DNA of 64,000 nucleotides from Rhizaria sp. SCN 62-66 (Eukaryota): NCBI GenBank assembly GCA_001724265.1, contig MEDY01000037.1, positions 1 to 64,000 of the forward strand, read 5' to 3'. Shown piece by piece: positions 57,701 to 64,000 of this stretch (position 1 is its first letter; each line of letters starts with the position of its first letter). The notes under the pieces were generated by a model. It saw only the letters and a program-made list of their open reading frames with translations, ran no database searches and was not told where the DNA came from. The position numbers and the translations under genes were made by a program.

Positions 57701-60700
57701 GGGTTGAGCAGCTGCTTGAGATCGTGCGCGAGCACGTCCTGAGCGTACACACTCGACGACGGCAACGATCCAAAAGCCGAGAGCGCGCTCGCGCTCGCGC
57801 CCGCACTCAACGTTGCAGGCACCGCCGCGGGGCCAGTGCCAGAAGGTCCGGCCAGCGATGACAGTGAGTGCAAGCCAGTCGCGAGCGCGTTCGCGGCGTA
57901 GCGGCGGAACAACTGCATCATTCCGCTGCCGCCAGCAGCGGCATGCGCATGTGCGTGTGCAGGGGCGCCGGTGTTCGAGGAAGCTGTCGTACCGGAGGCA
58001 GCAGCAGCAGCTGGCGCTGCTGAAACAGTGTCGTCGCCGTCGCCATCAACCGCTGCAGCATTGTCTGCATCAGCGTCAGCTTCAGCCTCAAGGCCAGCAG
58101 CAGCAAAAGCAGCTGACAGGCCCTCAGCCCAGTCCTGCGCAACTGACGCGGCGGCGCGTGACCAAGCGACACGAAGATCGCACACAAGGACGCGTGAAAC
58201 GCCGCCGCCGGCACCGCTGCCACCGCCGCCCACGACACCCGTTCCGGCTCCCACGTTTGCGGTCGCAGCCGAGGGTGAGGGCGTCAGAAGATGCGGCGGC
58301 ACGGGGCACAGCACGTGAAGGTGGCATGCCACGGCGGCCGCTGCAGACTGCAGCGTGCGACTGTGACAAAGCAGCTGCACCGGCGCCAGCGCAGCCTCTA
58401 AGCGTGCGGGCGCTAATGCAGCATCCGCAGCAACCACGGGCATTGACACAGGGCGCGGCGGAGCTGCAGCCGTTGCAGGCGCAGTTGACAGGGCAGGGGA
58501 AACTGTGTGCGAGCGAGTACTTTGTGGGTGCGGCGGGGTTCCAAAAAAGCTCGAAAACTTCGCTCCTGCGGCGGGACGCAGCGGTGACGCAACGACGTGT
58601 GCAGCAGCGCTGGCGCCCGTGTTAACAGCGCCTGCGGCGGCGGCGGCGCGCGGCGTCGTGGTGGCGCTGCCGCGCGCATTCATCGGAGACGCGAGCAGCG
58701 CCTGCGAGCTCCAGCGCGGCTGCGGTTGCGGTGACGGCGTCGTGGCCGCGCGCGCGCCGGACCAGCGGCGACGCGACGGTGTCAGCGGCACCGAGGGGCC
58801 GCGCGGGGACGTCGGCGCGCCCAGGACGCTGGGGCGCGGCGGACGCGACGGGCGCGGGGGGCGCGCGGGGCCCGCAGCCGCTGTTTTGCGCAGCCGCAGC
58901 GTGCTGTCAGTGCCGGCGTCGGCTTCCTCGTCGTCATCCTCGACGATCGCGGTCAACCCCACGTGGGGCGGTGCCGCAGACGCAGACACAGACGGTGCGG
59001 TGAGTGTTAACAGTGCAGCCGACGGCGTACCGCGCTGGTGCGCGGCGTACGCGGTAAGGAAGGCTATGCGCGCAGGAGCTGCGGTAAGAACGGACCTAAG
59101 CGCGGTAGGTGCGGGCGGGACCATAGCGACGTCGTGGGAAAAGACAAGCGCAGCGGCCGAGGAAACAGCGTCATCGCAGTTCCCAGTAGGGCGATGCGTG
59201 GCACATGCACGCACAGGTGCCGCAAGCGCAGGCGGCAGTGCAGCTGCGGTGCAAGTAGCAGCGTCAATCGAGGCAATAAACTCTCTCCGGAAGGCCGGCA
59301 GCAGCGATGGCAACAAACGGCTGTGAGCGCACGGCACACTGAAACGCAGCTCGGGACCTTCAGGTTCGGAGCCGACTGCAGTAGCAGCTGCTGATGCTGC
59401 AGCAGCGCTTGCGCAGGGGCAGCGCGGAATGCCAGAGTCACCGTCAAAGCTGTAGGAGCTTTGGCCATGCGCGGTACCCGTTAAGCTCGCTGTTGAGCTC
59501 GCAGTAACTGCAGCTGCCGAAGCAATGCGGGCGCGGAAACGCGCGCGCAGAATGCTCAGTGCGTCTGCACGGTCAGCAGGGACATCGGCATCCCTTTGGC
59601 CGAGGCTAAGCCACGGCGCGGCGGCGAGCACAGTGTCAGTGCTGCTGCTCCCCTTGCAGACGGCATCGCCATCGAGTGCAACGCCGCGCCACGCGGCCCC
59701 GACCCAGCGCCACAGCCGATAGCCACGCCCGCGGCGGCGAACACCCGTGGCGTCCGCCGTGCCTGTCGGCGCGCGCAGGCTGTGCGGCTGCGGCGCCCGG
59801 CGGAAGCGCGCGGCCCACTGGCGCGCCCAGCGCAACAACGCTAGCCGCAGACGGGCCGCGTGAGGCGCCCATGCCGCAGTCGGGAGATGAGGAGTCGTGC
59901 CACTCGAAGACAGCGATCCCATCGTGTCAGGTGCAGTGTTGTCGCCGTCGTCAAAGAGGCGCTTGGCGTGCTCCTGCGATGGAGCTGCCGCAGCCCCGCG
60001 GGCCTCGCCATCGGTTGTCAGGGGCGTGAGCACAGTTGCAACAGCGGCCCAGCTCTGAGCCTGGACATCGCTGCCGGCGGCCTCAGCCGAAATCTCCGCA
60101 GCAGTGGCTGCGGCCGCGAGCGCGTCGCATAAGCGTCCGATGCGCGGGGCATCAAGCGTCGCAAGTGCGCGGCGCAGTAGACGACGCTCCTGACGCACCG
60201 CAGTGTCGTCGCTGCCTGTAGTAGCTTCGGCCGGCAGAATGTGCGATGCGAGGCGGCGAGCCAGCGCGCGGCGCTTGGCCCACAGCGCCGACTTGCTAGC
60301 GCCCGCACCAAGCCCCGTGCCAGCGGACACGGCGGCGGCAACGCGGCGGTTCCACGCGCCCAGAGCACTCCGACGCGCGGTGCTATGAGCGGCCTCAATC
60401 ACGCCGTGCGCACGCTCGGTCAGCAGCAGGTGAGTGTAGTCACTATGCGTGGGCACGGCCACGGGGGCGGCAAATGGCAACGAGTGCGAAATGCGCGCCT
60501 CAACGTCTTCACCCGAGCCTGGCGCAGCACCCACAGCGACTGGCGCAACGGGCGCAACAGTATGCGCACGGGGTGGCGAGACGGTTGGAAAGACGCAAGC
60601 GGACGGGCGACGTGGGCGCGCAGGTACAATCGAACCCTCTACAAACTGGAACACGTTCGATGGTCTGTTTGTATAGGGAAAGCAAACATCAAATGAGTCG

Positions 60701-63700
60701 CCGCCGCCAGAAATATTAGTGGCGACGCGTCCTGCGCCCTCCGCAGCCGTTACACCGTCACGCTCACTCGCGCCGTTCAGCGTAGATGTGTCGGAGGCGG
60801 CGTCAGATGCGTCAGTATCGTCTCCAGCCCCATCAGTGCCATCGTCTTCGTCGTCGTCGCCGTCACTCCAGCCCGAGGAAAGCTCGGAGAAGTTTCCGCC
60901 GCCGATAACACTGGTGATGAAGCGGTCCTCATCGGCCTCAGTCGCCGCCAACGTCGCGCGCAGTCCGGGCGAGTTGGGGCCCGCGAGCGGCGACAGCGGC
61001 GGCACCACGCCGCGCGCGCGCAGAAGGCCCGAGCGCGAGCCGGCGCGCGGCGACGCCGGCGCTGCACCCGAGACCGAGCGCGTGGGTGACGGAAGAAAGG
61101 CGAGGGAGCTGATGAAAGCCGCACGGCGGCGCTGGCGACGCGGAAGCATAGCGACGACGCTGCGCGGCGATACTCTAGCGCGCTCCTCAGTTTCAACAGC
61201 CTCATCGTCATCGTTGCCAGTGTCGCTTTCGCTTGTGGAAACGTCAGAAGAGCCGCAGTCGGCGGCTGAGTCAGCGTCGGATGCGCTCAACCCAGACAGC
61301 TCCAACACTTCGCGCTCGCGTGCGGTCTCGGCAGCCGCGTGGGCAGCCGCAGCATTCGCAAGCTCGGTGTTCGCGGACGCAACTGGTGCAGCAGCAGTCG
61401 TGGCATGTGGGGCGGTGGTCGTGTCACGGTATGTTGCGACGCGCGCCGAAGCCAGGAAAGCGGGACACACTGTGTGGTGATGCAACGCAAAGACGGAGCC
61501 CGAGTGTGCGGCAAAGAAGAGGGCGGGCATTGACGGCTGTGAAAACACAACCGCCAACACAGCCCGACGCGGAGCAGCGCCAGCGGTGGGCGGCGGTGAC
61601 ATGGTGGTAGACTCGGCGCTACCACTGATGTTGCGAGCTTCGAATTGCCGCGTGAAGGGCATCATCGTTGCAGTGAGCTCCGAGAATGCCGAGGCCGTCT
61701 CAGCAGCTGCGGCAGCAGCAGCTGCGGCAGCAATAGCGGCCGCAGGACTCAACACCGTAACGGAAGCGCGCGGGACGGGCTTGTTGGAAACAGGAAACGT
61801 GTTGGGGTGTGCATTCAGCGCCTGTGCTGCGACAGCCGCTGCCAGTGCAACCTCCGGTGAGATGGAGCTGCCTGCAAAGGCCTTCTGCGGTGACGCCAGC
61901 GCGGCTGATTGGGCAGAGGCTGCAGCGGGAGACGCAATCGCAGACGCGGGGTCGAAAAAATGCGAGAACAGGGCGTTGGCAGCGGGCGTCGCAGCGGCCA
62001 CGGCAAGCGCGGCTGACAGCGGCAGCGGCTGGGCCCGCGACAAGGTTGGCGGCGCCGCGCAACGACGGCTCCGAACACTGGCGGTCGAGTTCAACCGCGA
62101 GCGGCGCGATTGCGAGTGCACGATTGAGTGCGTCCGCGACCGCGAGGACGGCGAGATGCGGGCTTCACCAGCATCATCTTCGTCCTCGTCAGCGACCGTC
62201 GCGCCGGCCTGGCGCGCAGGGGGCATCACAACGGGGGCCGGGACGCCGTCCGCGTCGTAGATAGGCACATCGTCGTCCGCGCCGCTGAGCCCCAAGGCGT
62301 CGTCGCTACCGCTCAGGCTCACGCCGGCGCTGTCGCTACGGTCCGCAGCGTCCAGGTCCAGCGCGCCCAGCCGCAGCCCGCGCGACCCGCCAGCGCGCGG
62401 CGAGGGCGTCAGTCTTGCCGCCTCGGCCTCGGCCTCCGCCGCAGCCTGCTGCTCCGCCTCCTGCTCCAGCCAGCCCAGACTCATCTGCGGCACCGGCGAA
62501 TCGTCGCCGCTGCTGATGTCCGAGTGCTCGCCAGCGGCCTTGTCGTCGGGCTCATCTGTCATCGCGGCAACCCCAACTTCAAGAGTGAGCCCGGCCGCGG
62601 GCGCCGCAGGGGGCGCAGCGGGCAACACTGCGGGCGAGGGCGCGGGGAGCGTTGTGTCAAAGCCAAAGCCGAACGCGCGACGGCGGCCGCTGAGCGGCGC
62701 AGCGGGCACAGTGGCCGATGAGCGGTCCGCCGCCTCGTCATCCTGATGGTCTGCGGTAGACGCGGCAGTCGCAGCGGCCGTAGCCGCTGCCGCAGCAGAG
62801 GCGGCGGCGCGGGCGAGCGCAGCAGCGAGCGACATAGGCCCACGCTCTGCGGCCGCCACAGCGTCAGACGCAATCTCGGGCTCGTTTTCATCGTAACAGC
62901 CCATGCCGGCTGCAGCAGCAGCAGCAGCAGCGGCGGTGGGCGAGAAGTACGAGTTGCCGTGCGGCGACATGAGCGAGCGCGGAGGCCGCGCGCGGCGCTG
63001 GCGTGGCACAGACGAGCGCGCAGGGATCTGCAGGTGCGCGCCGGGTGGCGACAACACGAGGCGGCTGCCCGACTCGAGGTGAGGACTCTGTGTGTAGCCA
63101 AACGATGGGGTGAAGCCCCCGTCGACGGCGCTGGCACCACGTGAGCGGGTCGCCAGGGGGCTGCTAAACTCGTGCAACGTGCACTCGTCCTCGCCCACTG
63201 CGCCGTACGCGGACCCTGCAGCTGCGGTCGGCAGATGCGACAGGGACACCGACGCGCTCGCGAAGCCTGAGCCGCCGTGTGTGTGCGAGTACGTCGCGTG
63301 CGGGTCGCCCGCAATCGCGAGCGCAGCGCCGTTGCCAACGCCAGGAAGCGCGAACGGCAGAGCCACAGAGCTGTTCAAGTCGTCATCGTCGTACTCATCC
63401 TCCTCGTCACTCTCGCCTGGAGGACCGCGCCAGCCGCTGCGCGTGACGCTCTGCACGGGCGCAGGCAACGCCCAAAGCGAGTGCGAGCGTGACCGCGAGG
63501 CTGCACAGGGGGACTCAACTTCGGGGTATTGCACGGTGCGGCTCTGGCGCTGCGCGTGCGCGCGGGCTGCGGCACCGGGCGACAAAAATCGGCCTGCAGA
63601 AGAGCCAAGAGCAGACGGTGAAAGTCTAGGGTCAACTCCGTCACCGCACTCGTCGCCATCACTGCGTTGCCCAACCCCACCAGCGCAATCACCGTCGTCA

Positions 63701-64000
63701 GCGCTGCTGCTGTCGCCGTCACCTGCGCTCAGATTCAGAGTCAGCGCACGGGCGCGAGCGCCGGAAGCTGCGGGGCCACCTGCAGAAGCGCCGGGGACAG
63801 GGGAAAATCCAGACTGTGACAGTGAATGCTGGAGCGGCGACTTCCCAAGCGACGCCAGCGACAGCGTGGGCTCAAAGCGCATCGGCGAACCTAGTGTCGA
63901 CACTCCAGTTGAGTTTGTAGCAGTCATTAGTGCCGCAAGCGCGGTACCCGCGGAGGGATTCGGAGAGCCGCCGAAAGATGCGCCAAGCGAAGGACCGGTG
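48730..64000 (-). CDS. Bridge-like lipid transfer protein BLTP2/Hobbit/Fmp27-like, 5'-partial, at least 5089 aa
   Basis: The frame stays open past the window edge. Islands LKVRTSSIEFRALMSVIT, HLELSLLPLELTLPRNHYALLKEFFL and YVQYLRLGSVSARARV occur in the order expected for the KIAA0100/Fmp27 C-terminal (Apt1) region, amid Ala/Ser/Pro-rich sequence. Ends TAA. Confidence 0.6.
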   Translation of the reverse strand, partial: TGPSLGASFGGSPNPSAGTALAALMTATNSTGVSTLGSPMRFEPTLSLASLGKSPLQHSLSQSGFSPVPGASAGGPAASGARARALTLNLSAGDGDSSSADDGDCAGGVGQRSDGDECGDGVDPRLSPSALGSSAGRFLSPGAAARAHAQRQSRTVQYPEVESPCAASRSRSHSLWALPAPVQSVTRSGWRGPPGESDEEDEYDDDDLNSSVALPFALPGVGNGAALAIAGDPHATYSHTHGGSGFASASVSLSHLPTAAAGSAYGAVGEDECTLHEFSSPLATRSRGASAVDGGFTPSFGYTQSPHLESGSRLVLSPPGAHLQIPARSSVPRQRRARPPRSLMSPHGNSYFSPTAAAAAAAAAGMGCYDENEPEIASDAVAAAERGPMSLAAALARAAASAAAAATAAATAASTADHQDDEAADRSSATVPAAPLSGRRRAFGFGFDTTLPAPSPAVLPAAPPAAPAAGLTLEVGVAAMTDEPDDKAAGEHSDISSGDDSPVPQMSLGWLEQEAEQQAAAEAEAEAARLTPSPRAGGSRGLRLGALDLDAADRSDSAGVSLSGSDDALGLSGADDDVPIYDADGVPAPVVMPPARQAGATVADEDEDDAGEARISPSSRSRTHSIVHSQSRRSRLNSTASVRSRRCAAPPTLSRAQPLPLSAALAVAAATPAANALFSHFFDPASAIASPAAASAQSAALASPQKAFAGSSISPEVALAAAVAAQALNAHPNTFPVSNKPVPRASVTVLSPAAAIAAAAAAAAAAETASAFSELTATMMPFTRQFEARNISGSAESTTMSPPPTAGAAPRRAVLAVVFSQPSMPALFFAAHSGSVFALHHHTVCPAFLASARVATYRDTTTAPHATTAAAPVASANTELANAAAAHAAAETAREREVLELSGLSASDADSAADCGSSDVSTSESDTGNDDDEAVETEERARVSPRSVVAMLPRRQRRRAAFISSLAFLPSPTRSVSGAAPASPRAGSRSGLLRARGVVPPLSPLAGPNSPGLRATLAATEADEDRFITSVIGGGNFSELSSGWSDGDDDEDDGTDGAGDDTDASDAASDTSTLNGASERDGVTAAEGAGRVATNISGGGDSFDVCFPYTNRPSNVFQFVEGSIVPARPRRPSACVFPTVSPPRAHTVAPVAPVAVGAAPGSGEDVEARISHSLPFAAPVAVPTHSDYTHLLLTERAHGVIEAAHSTARRSALGAWNRRVAAAVSAGTGLGAGASKSALWAKRRALARRLASHILPAEATTGSDDTAVRQERRLLRRALATLDAPRIGRLCDALAAAATAAEISAEAAGSDVQAQSWAAVATVLTPLTTDGEARGAAAAPSQEHAKRLFDDGDNTAPDTMGSLSSSGTTPHLPTAAWAPHAARLRLALLRWARQWAARFRRAPQPHSLRAPTGTADATGVRRRGRGYRLWRWVGAAWRGVALDGDAVCKGSSSTDTVLAAAPWLSLGQRDADVPADRADALSILRARFRARIASAAAVTASSTASLTGTAHGQSSYSFDGDSGIPRCPCASAAAASAAATAVGSEPEGPELRFSVPCAHSRLLPSLLPAFRREFIASIDAATCTAAALPPALAAPVRACATHRPTGNCDDAVSSAAALVFSHDVAMVPPAPTALRSVLTAAPARIAFLTAYAAHQRGTPSAALLTLTAPSVSASAAPPHVGLTAIVEDDDEEADAGTDSTLRLRKTAAAGPARPPRPSRPPRPSVLGAPTSPRGPSVPLTPSRRRWSGARAATTPSPQPQPRWSSQALLASPMNARGSATTTPRAAAAAGAVNTGASAAAHVVASPLRPAAGAKFSSFFGTPPHPQSTRSHTVSPALSTAPATAAAPPRPVSMPVVAADAALAPARLEAALAPVQLLCHSRTLQSAAAAVACHLHVLCPVPPHLLTPSPSAATANVGAGTGVVGGGGSGAGGGVSRVLVCDLRVAWSRAAASVAQDWAEGLSAAFAAAGLEAEADADADNAAAVDGDGDDTVSAAPAAAAASGTTASSNTGAPAHAHAHAAAGGSGMMQLFRRYAANALATGLHSLSSLAGPSGTGPAAVPATLSAGASASALSAFGSLPSSSVYAQDVLAHDLKQLLNPGSAATAAPAPAATDRDRNGGSRQSSRTAPVPSLSIPASNTGSVPPRLFYCELAPPLSLPVPVSVSFSHRAYPEVYGGANCLLVTTPDAATAAATTRAGTSSSATATSTAAAAKSAAANPVSAPGTAAGAQGEAADAAGRGSQSHLARALAATLMTPGSPAQPQAQVPSSSAAAVAAAAAAASSAGAASPDAARSPRHRRQQSQGALGSLTAVTRAALATAAAAAMAANARCAPSTASTIGIAAAGSVAAPAPVVLAHPQWHRLFVFDLLRPQIIFLGDGDTAATTAAAAAASAPAAAATSAASAATGNGSAAGGGVVPFRVGGTGGKNNAVTRLRPAGSTAGAGGADSASNSMLSAPGGSSGPQSGAAAGAGMLSPFRGPPTTSSGSKGTAGPLAGLTPAHAHAHPIRSVSTASGGSGGNSSVVVAATLARVEMRGLPFLVLPTWSQALQAQGSAAAVTSGGDSPGPLSPFAGGASAPARGATSPSASAVPALIAPTLRSSPHGHVFAAPMAAAAVGAAAALGLADPYCERSMSTSLFHTQLFVLPSASVDLTQFYHWLPRALFIPLFRQRVRSRRPVIPPLSPARPSANVNAATTAAAAAAAAQPELPKSPSSLKSLLLPLPAGAEDEAAPRSLRVTSLLSPNGPVDPAQTRALPPGAALARYNATTRSNASAASVPLASPVGATAGRHSRRLPTGALRRITAPTSMFFARTTHQLLPPPPPPALVENPLVDFFGPTGLALPRSSLASAAAAAASAAAAAARASASSSATGSSALPPPPPRARVTLPCAVAQLHPDYPYLYLLGGDPPAPVAHLSYCRLPGASAAISVTAPTPALPFGNAGNTAAAAAAAAASAGDVLVPVPAAVLTNVSSLVARAADAWRLHSLLTAPSASGVAAAPIPEAASAWQRCLLSPLPPTVLTVPAARPPVVRTTAFLPHLKVRTSSIEFRALMSVITACFLEQTPPAPVAHGHAVYSAAAASADSTLSSPSNGAPPQGGGAAGGGGPRGSVMPYALSSPTALTCRPLDGDLLALIGSSMRAPPAAPPAPDTACALATAASAAAASVAFSGVGKRGTPAPYPRRRPAVPPQGPLAFVTRLSTRRRPARPPLPSGITAAASVAAAAAASAAASASSSGANGAAGGSGGSGSSAGATPSSAIAATAGVSEDGGLYCDSYPYDAFFKQGLGVGAALSAAYAVRPLWDQHRRGSSASSTAQSAQRPTSAGVRRPSTSVTSSAPGDPAARDGDSAESGDEVEHAWSDCESEYDLHLGSTCAAAAGGSVASGSTEGDDEDATSALSSGSLIAVATGAGVQTHSYSLTHLLTVTTTVNSPFAAPSAAATAAATAAAATLMPGTSPAASAAVAATAAAVADTVGGAPALAVIQARPYMRAMTAAAAAAGTRCNNTITIFYPPPPALPASSLPPASRATVAAATVAATAVSPAFLWSQLTPRPATRFRTSVGTSVSTAAVASVAPTPVLAPFAPASASAATPAGVVDGWEAAVDDALWALPVESLIELGVAFYSSLQNAPAAGTASAGAICAGANSSAGAGAAFSLGAAHGATGGDALFVPKVGEAAFPGAGMALEPYEEEDEFEDEDGNVQSSRPSVPNTDAARALKIAGALETAAAAVAAGASGAGIFLTPPPASQPGSDAATDASGVAPPPRLRPLHAQSGAALVPRALSGAFSNGAGARNACATAALAVTPVQRSVRFGITRIRWSLVHPYTNAKQVASFNQAAASMARAAAKLAQLAPAAGADPTGGSSLAAGGAAAASSELLSRLYKQLHNRHGILLHALLSDAEGEFTWYHCTTDAAASQDAGPAARADVDARHESGGWEWAVAAAVGPSAPVAALPLLHADGLSSPGIAFMTTAATAAAATGATPAQVGFTSGMAAVTAAGAPAPARVTVLRSQSFGALSSLGESGSLNVAALTCHSEVLRAAALSKAIKAQTKGLESALAEQVKVSKKAAKKNGSVAVTRSASLSVSQSGHGYGGTVSDSAALLNLLSASVGNLPSALPSFDSSPCSPETPMPEDSRARRGSLSVVSSVSTNSNSSGAGGLGEDDGDGDVDALLSLLSIDVASTNPRSAAFAILRPDATAPQWKHRDRRRGRAPLVAFSWSTSAPLSALHPRLAGRGPTVLAPSVPRVAGANGSCPKCGPNVCRHSERGVAYTVTAYNHLELSLLPLELTLPRNHYALLKEFFLGTTDDAAPATTAQPAAGSSSSKSAAADAPSGGKNKGALVVDTRYFRPLAAGGAGGAFSSHSPSSTFGALYASPSAAAAAAAAAGFAMGSPSAAFLAAAPALPTITTVIPLLYVQYLRLGSVSARARVFSGHLTLSNIVATTEPIALSRSLAPLSRLGFGPEAAHRRGLGPGADPATASLSASVAAALLPSPAANSAAAAAAAAGVPAAGGAVYRVSAVPAAEQGWARVLGFVEAIMRRRLLWQAPQILARAGLSLGKSGVARITQSLLTSAGPGNGGERGDGDSADGDDDVSPEEQARRQRERQALLLGSSMLRAPDATAGTDAEKKKKKGLFTRIFGKKTPSPEKPTSAPAPGPLPLSLQTGNVSGNSLLAAGSTPATPLRQNSASSLIGVASAGPTPALPRRPSLPATPVPTFPPAPASHTGVGECDARSQSHNHSDAVSVSASESASVAAPGSLPSHFPLDGYACPSRIGGGGLSLAMLPPTAGSEAGGFGGSESGDAAAPATANGAPPAMQRASTLSPLPPRPPARATPTAANARDDAAQETLSPGGARGSASGTGLTSGIFHPNGGGARLNLAHLSSPTPAPPSVSAAEPAPASAPTPVSVPASVPETPPVFAFTQDATGHVDGVAGAAVAHAPLLSPPYVTPTAAAPTAPASAPLAPALTPAPAHPLVYNAAETSLLGPPVRPTRPISRPQTRPGSRDTSRERTPAYERATGGVEEAAQESQPVTTHAHVPVVPQRPRGRDRESLGVEPHGDLQPPPTYSESQARAPAPPPRPPRHPSQTR

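Overview
This is eukaryotic nuclear DNA from a GC-rich, gene-dense, probably flagellated protist, with AT-rich intergenic spacers and a few ~100-165 nt GT-AG introns. In order, the window holds: a 3'-truncated Crinkler-type REase+kinase gene (-), a YvcK/UPF0052-family gene (+), a giant WDR7 (-), a giant Dicer (+), PUS7/TruD (-), a small putative mitochondrial protein (+), a possible CINP-like gene (-), a GPI-anchored surface protein (-), flagellar CFAP119/CCDC189 (-) and a 5'-truncated giant BLTP2/Hobbit-like gene (-). First main observation: Dicer is a single 5646-codon frame interrupted only by four in-frame TAG codons that lie between intact helicase motifs. The Crinkler-like gene has two more in-frame TAGs, while all nine visible gene ends use TAA or TGA. 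This points to UAG recoding, apparently gene-restricted because about 18,000 other codons contain no TAG. Second main observation: about 30 nt after the Dicer stop there is a ~116-nt, ~50-bp hairpin resembling a pri-miRNA. It could be an autoregulatory Dicer substrate or a cis-acting recoding element. All family calls come from motif recognition by eye; no database searches were run.
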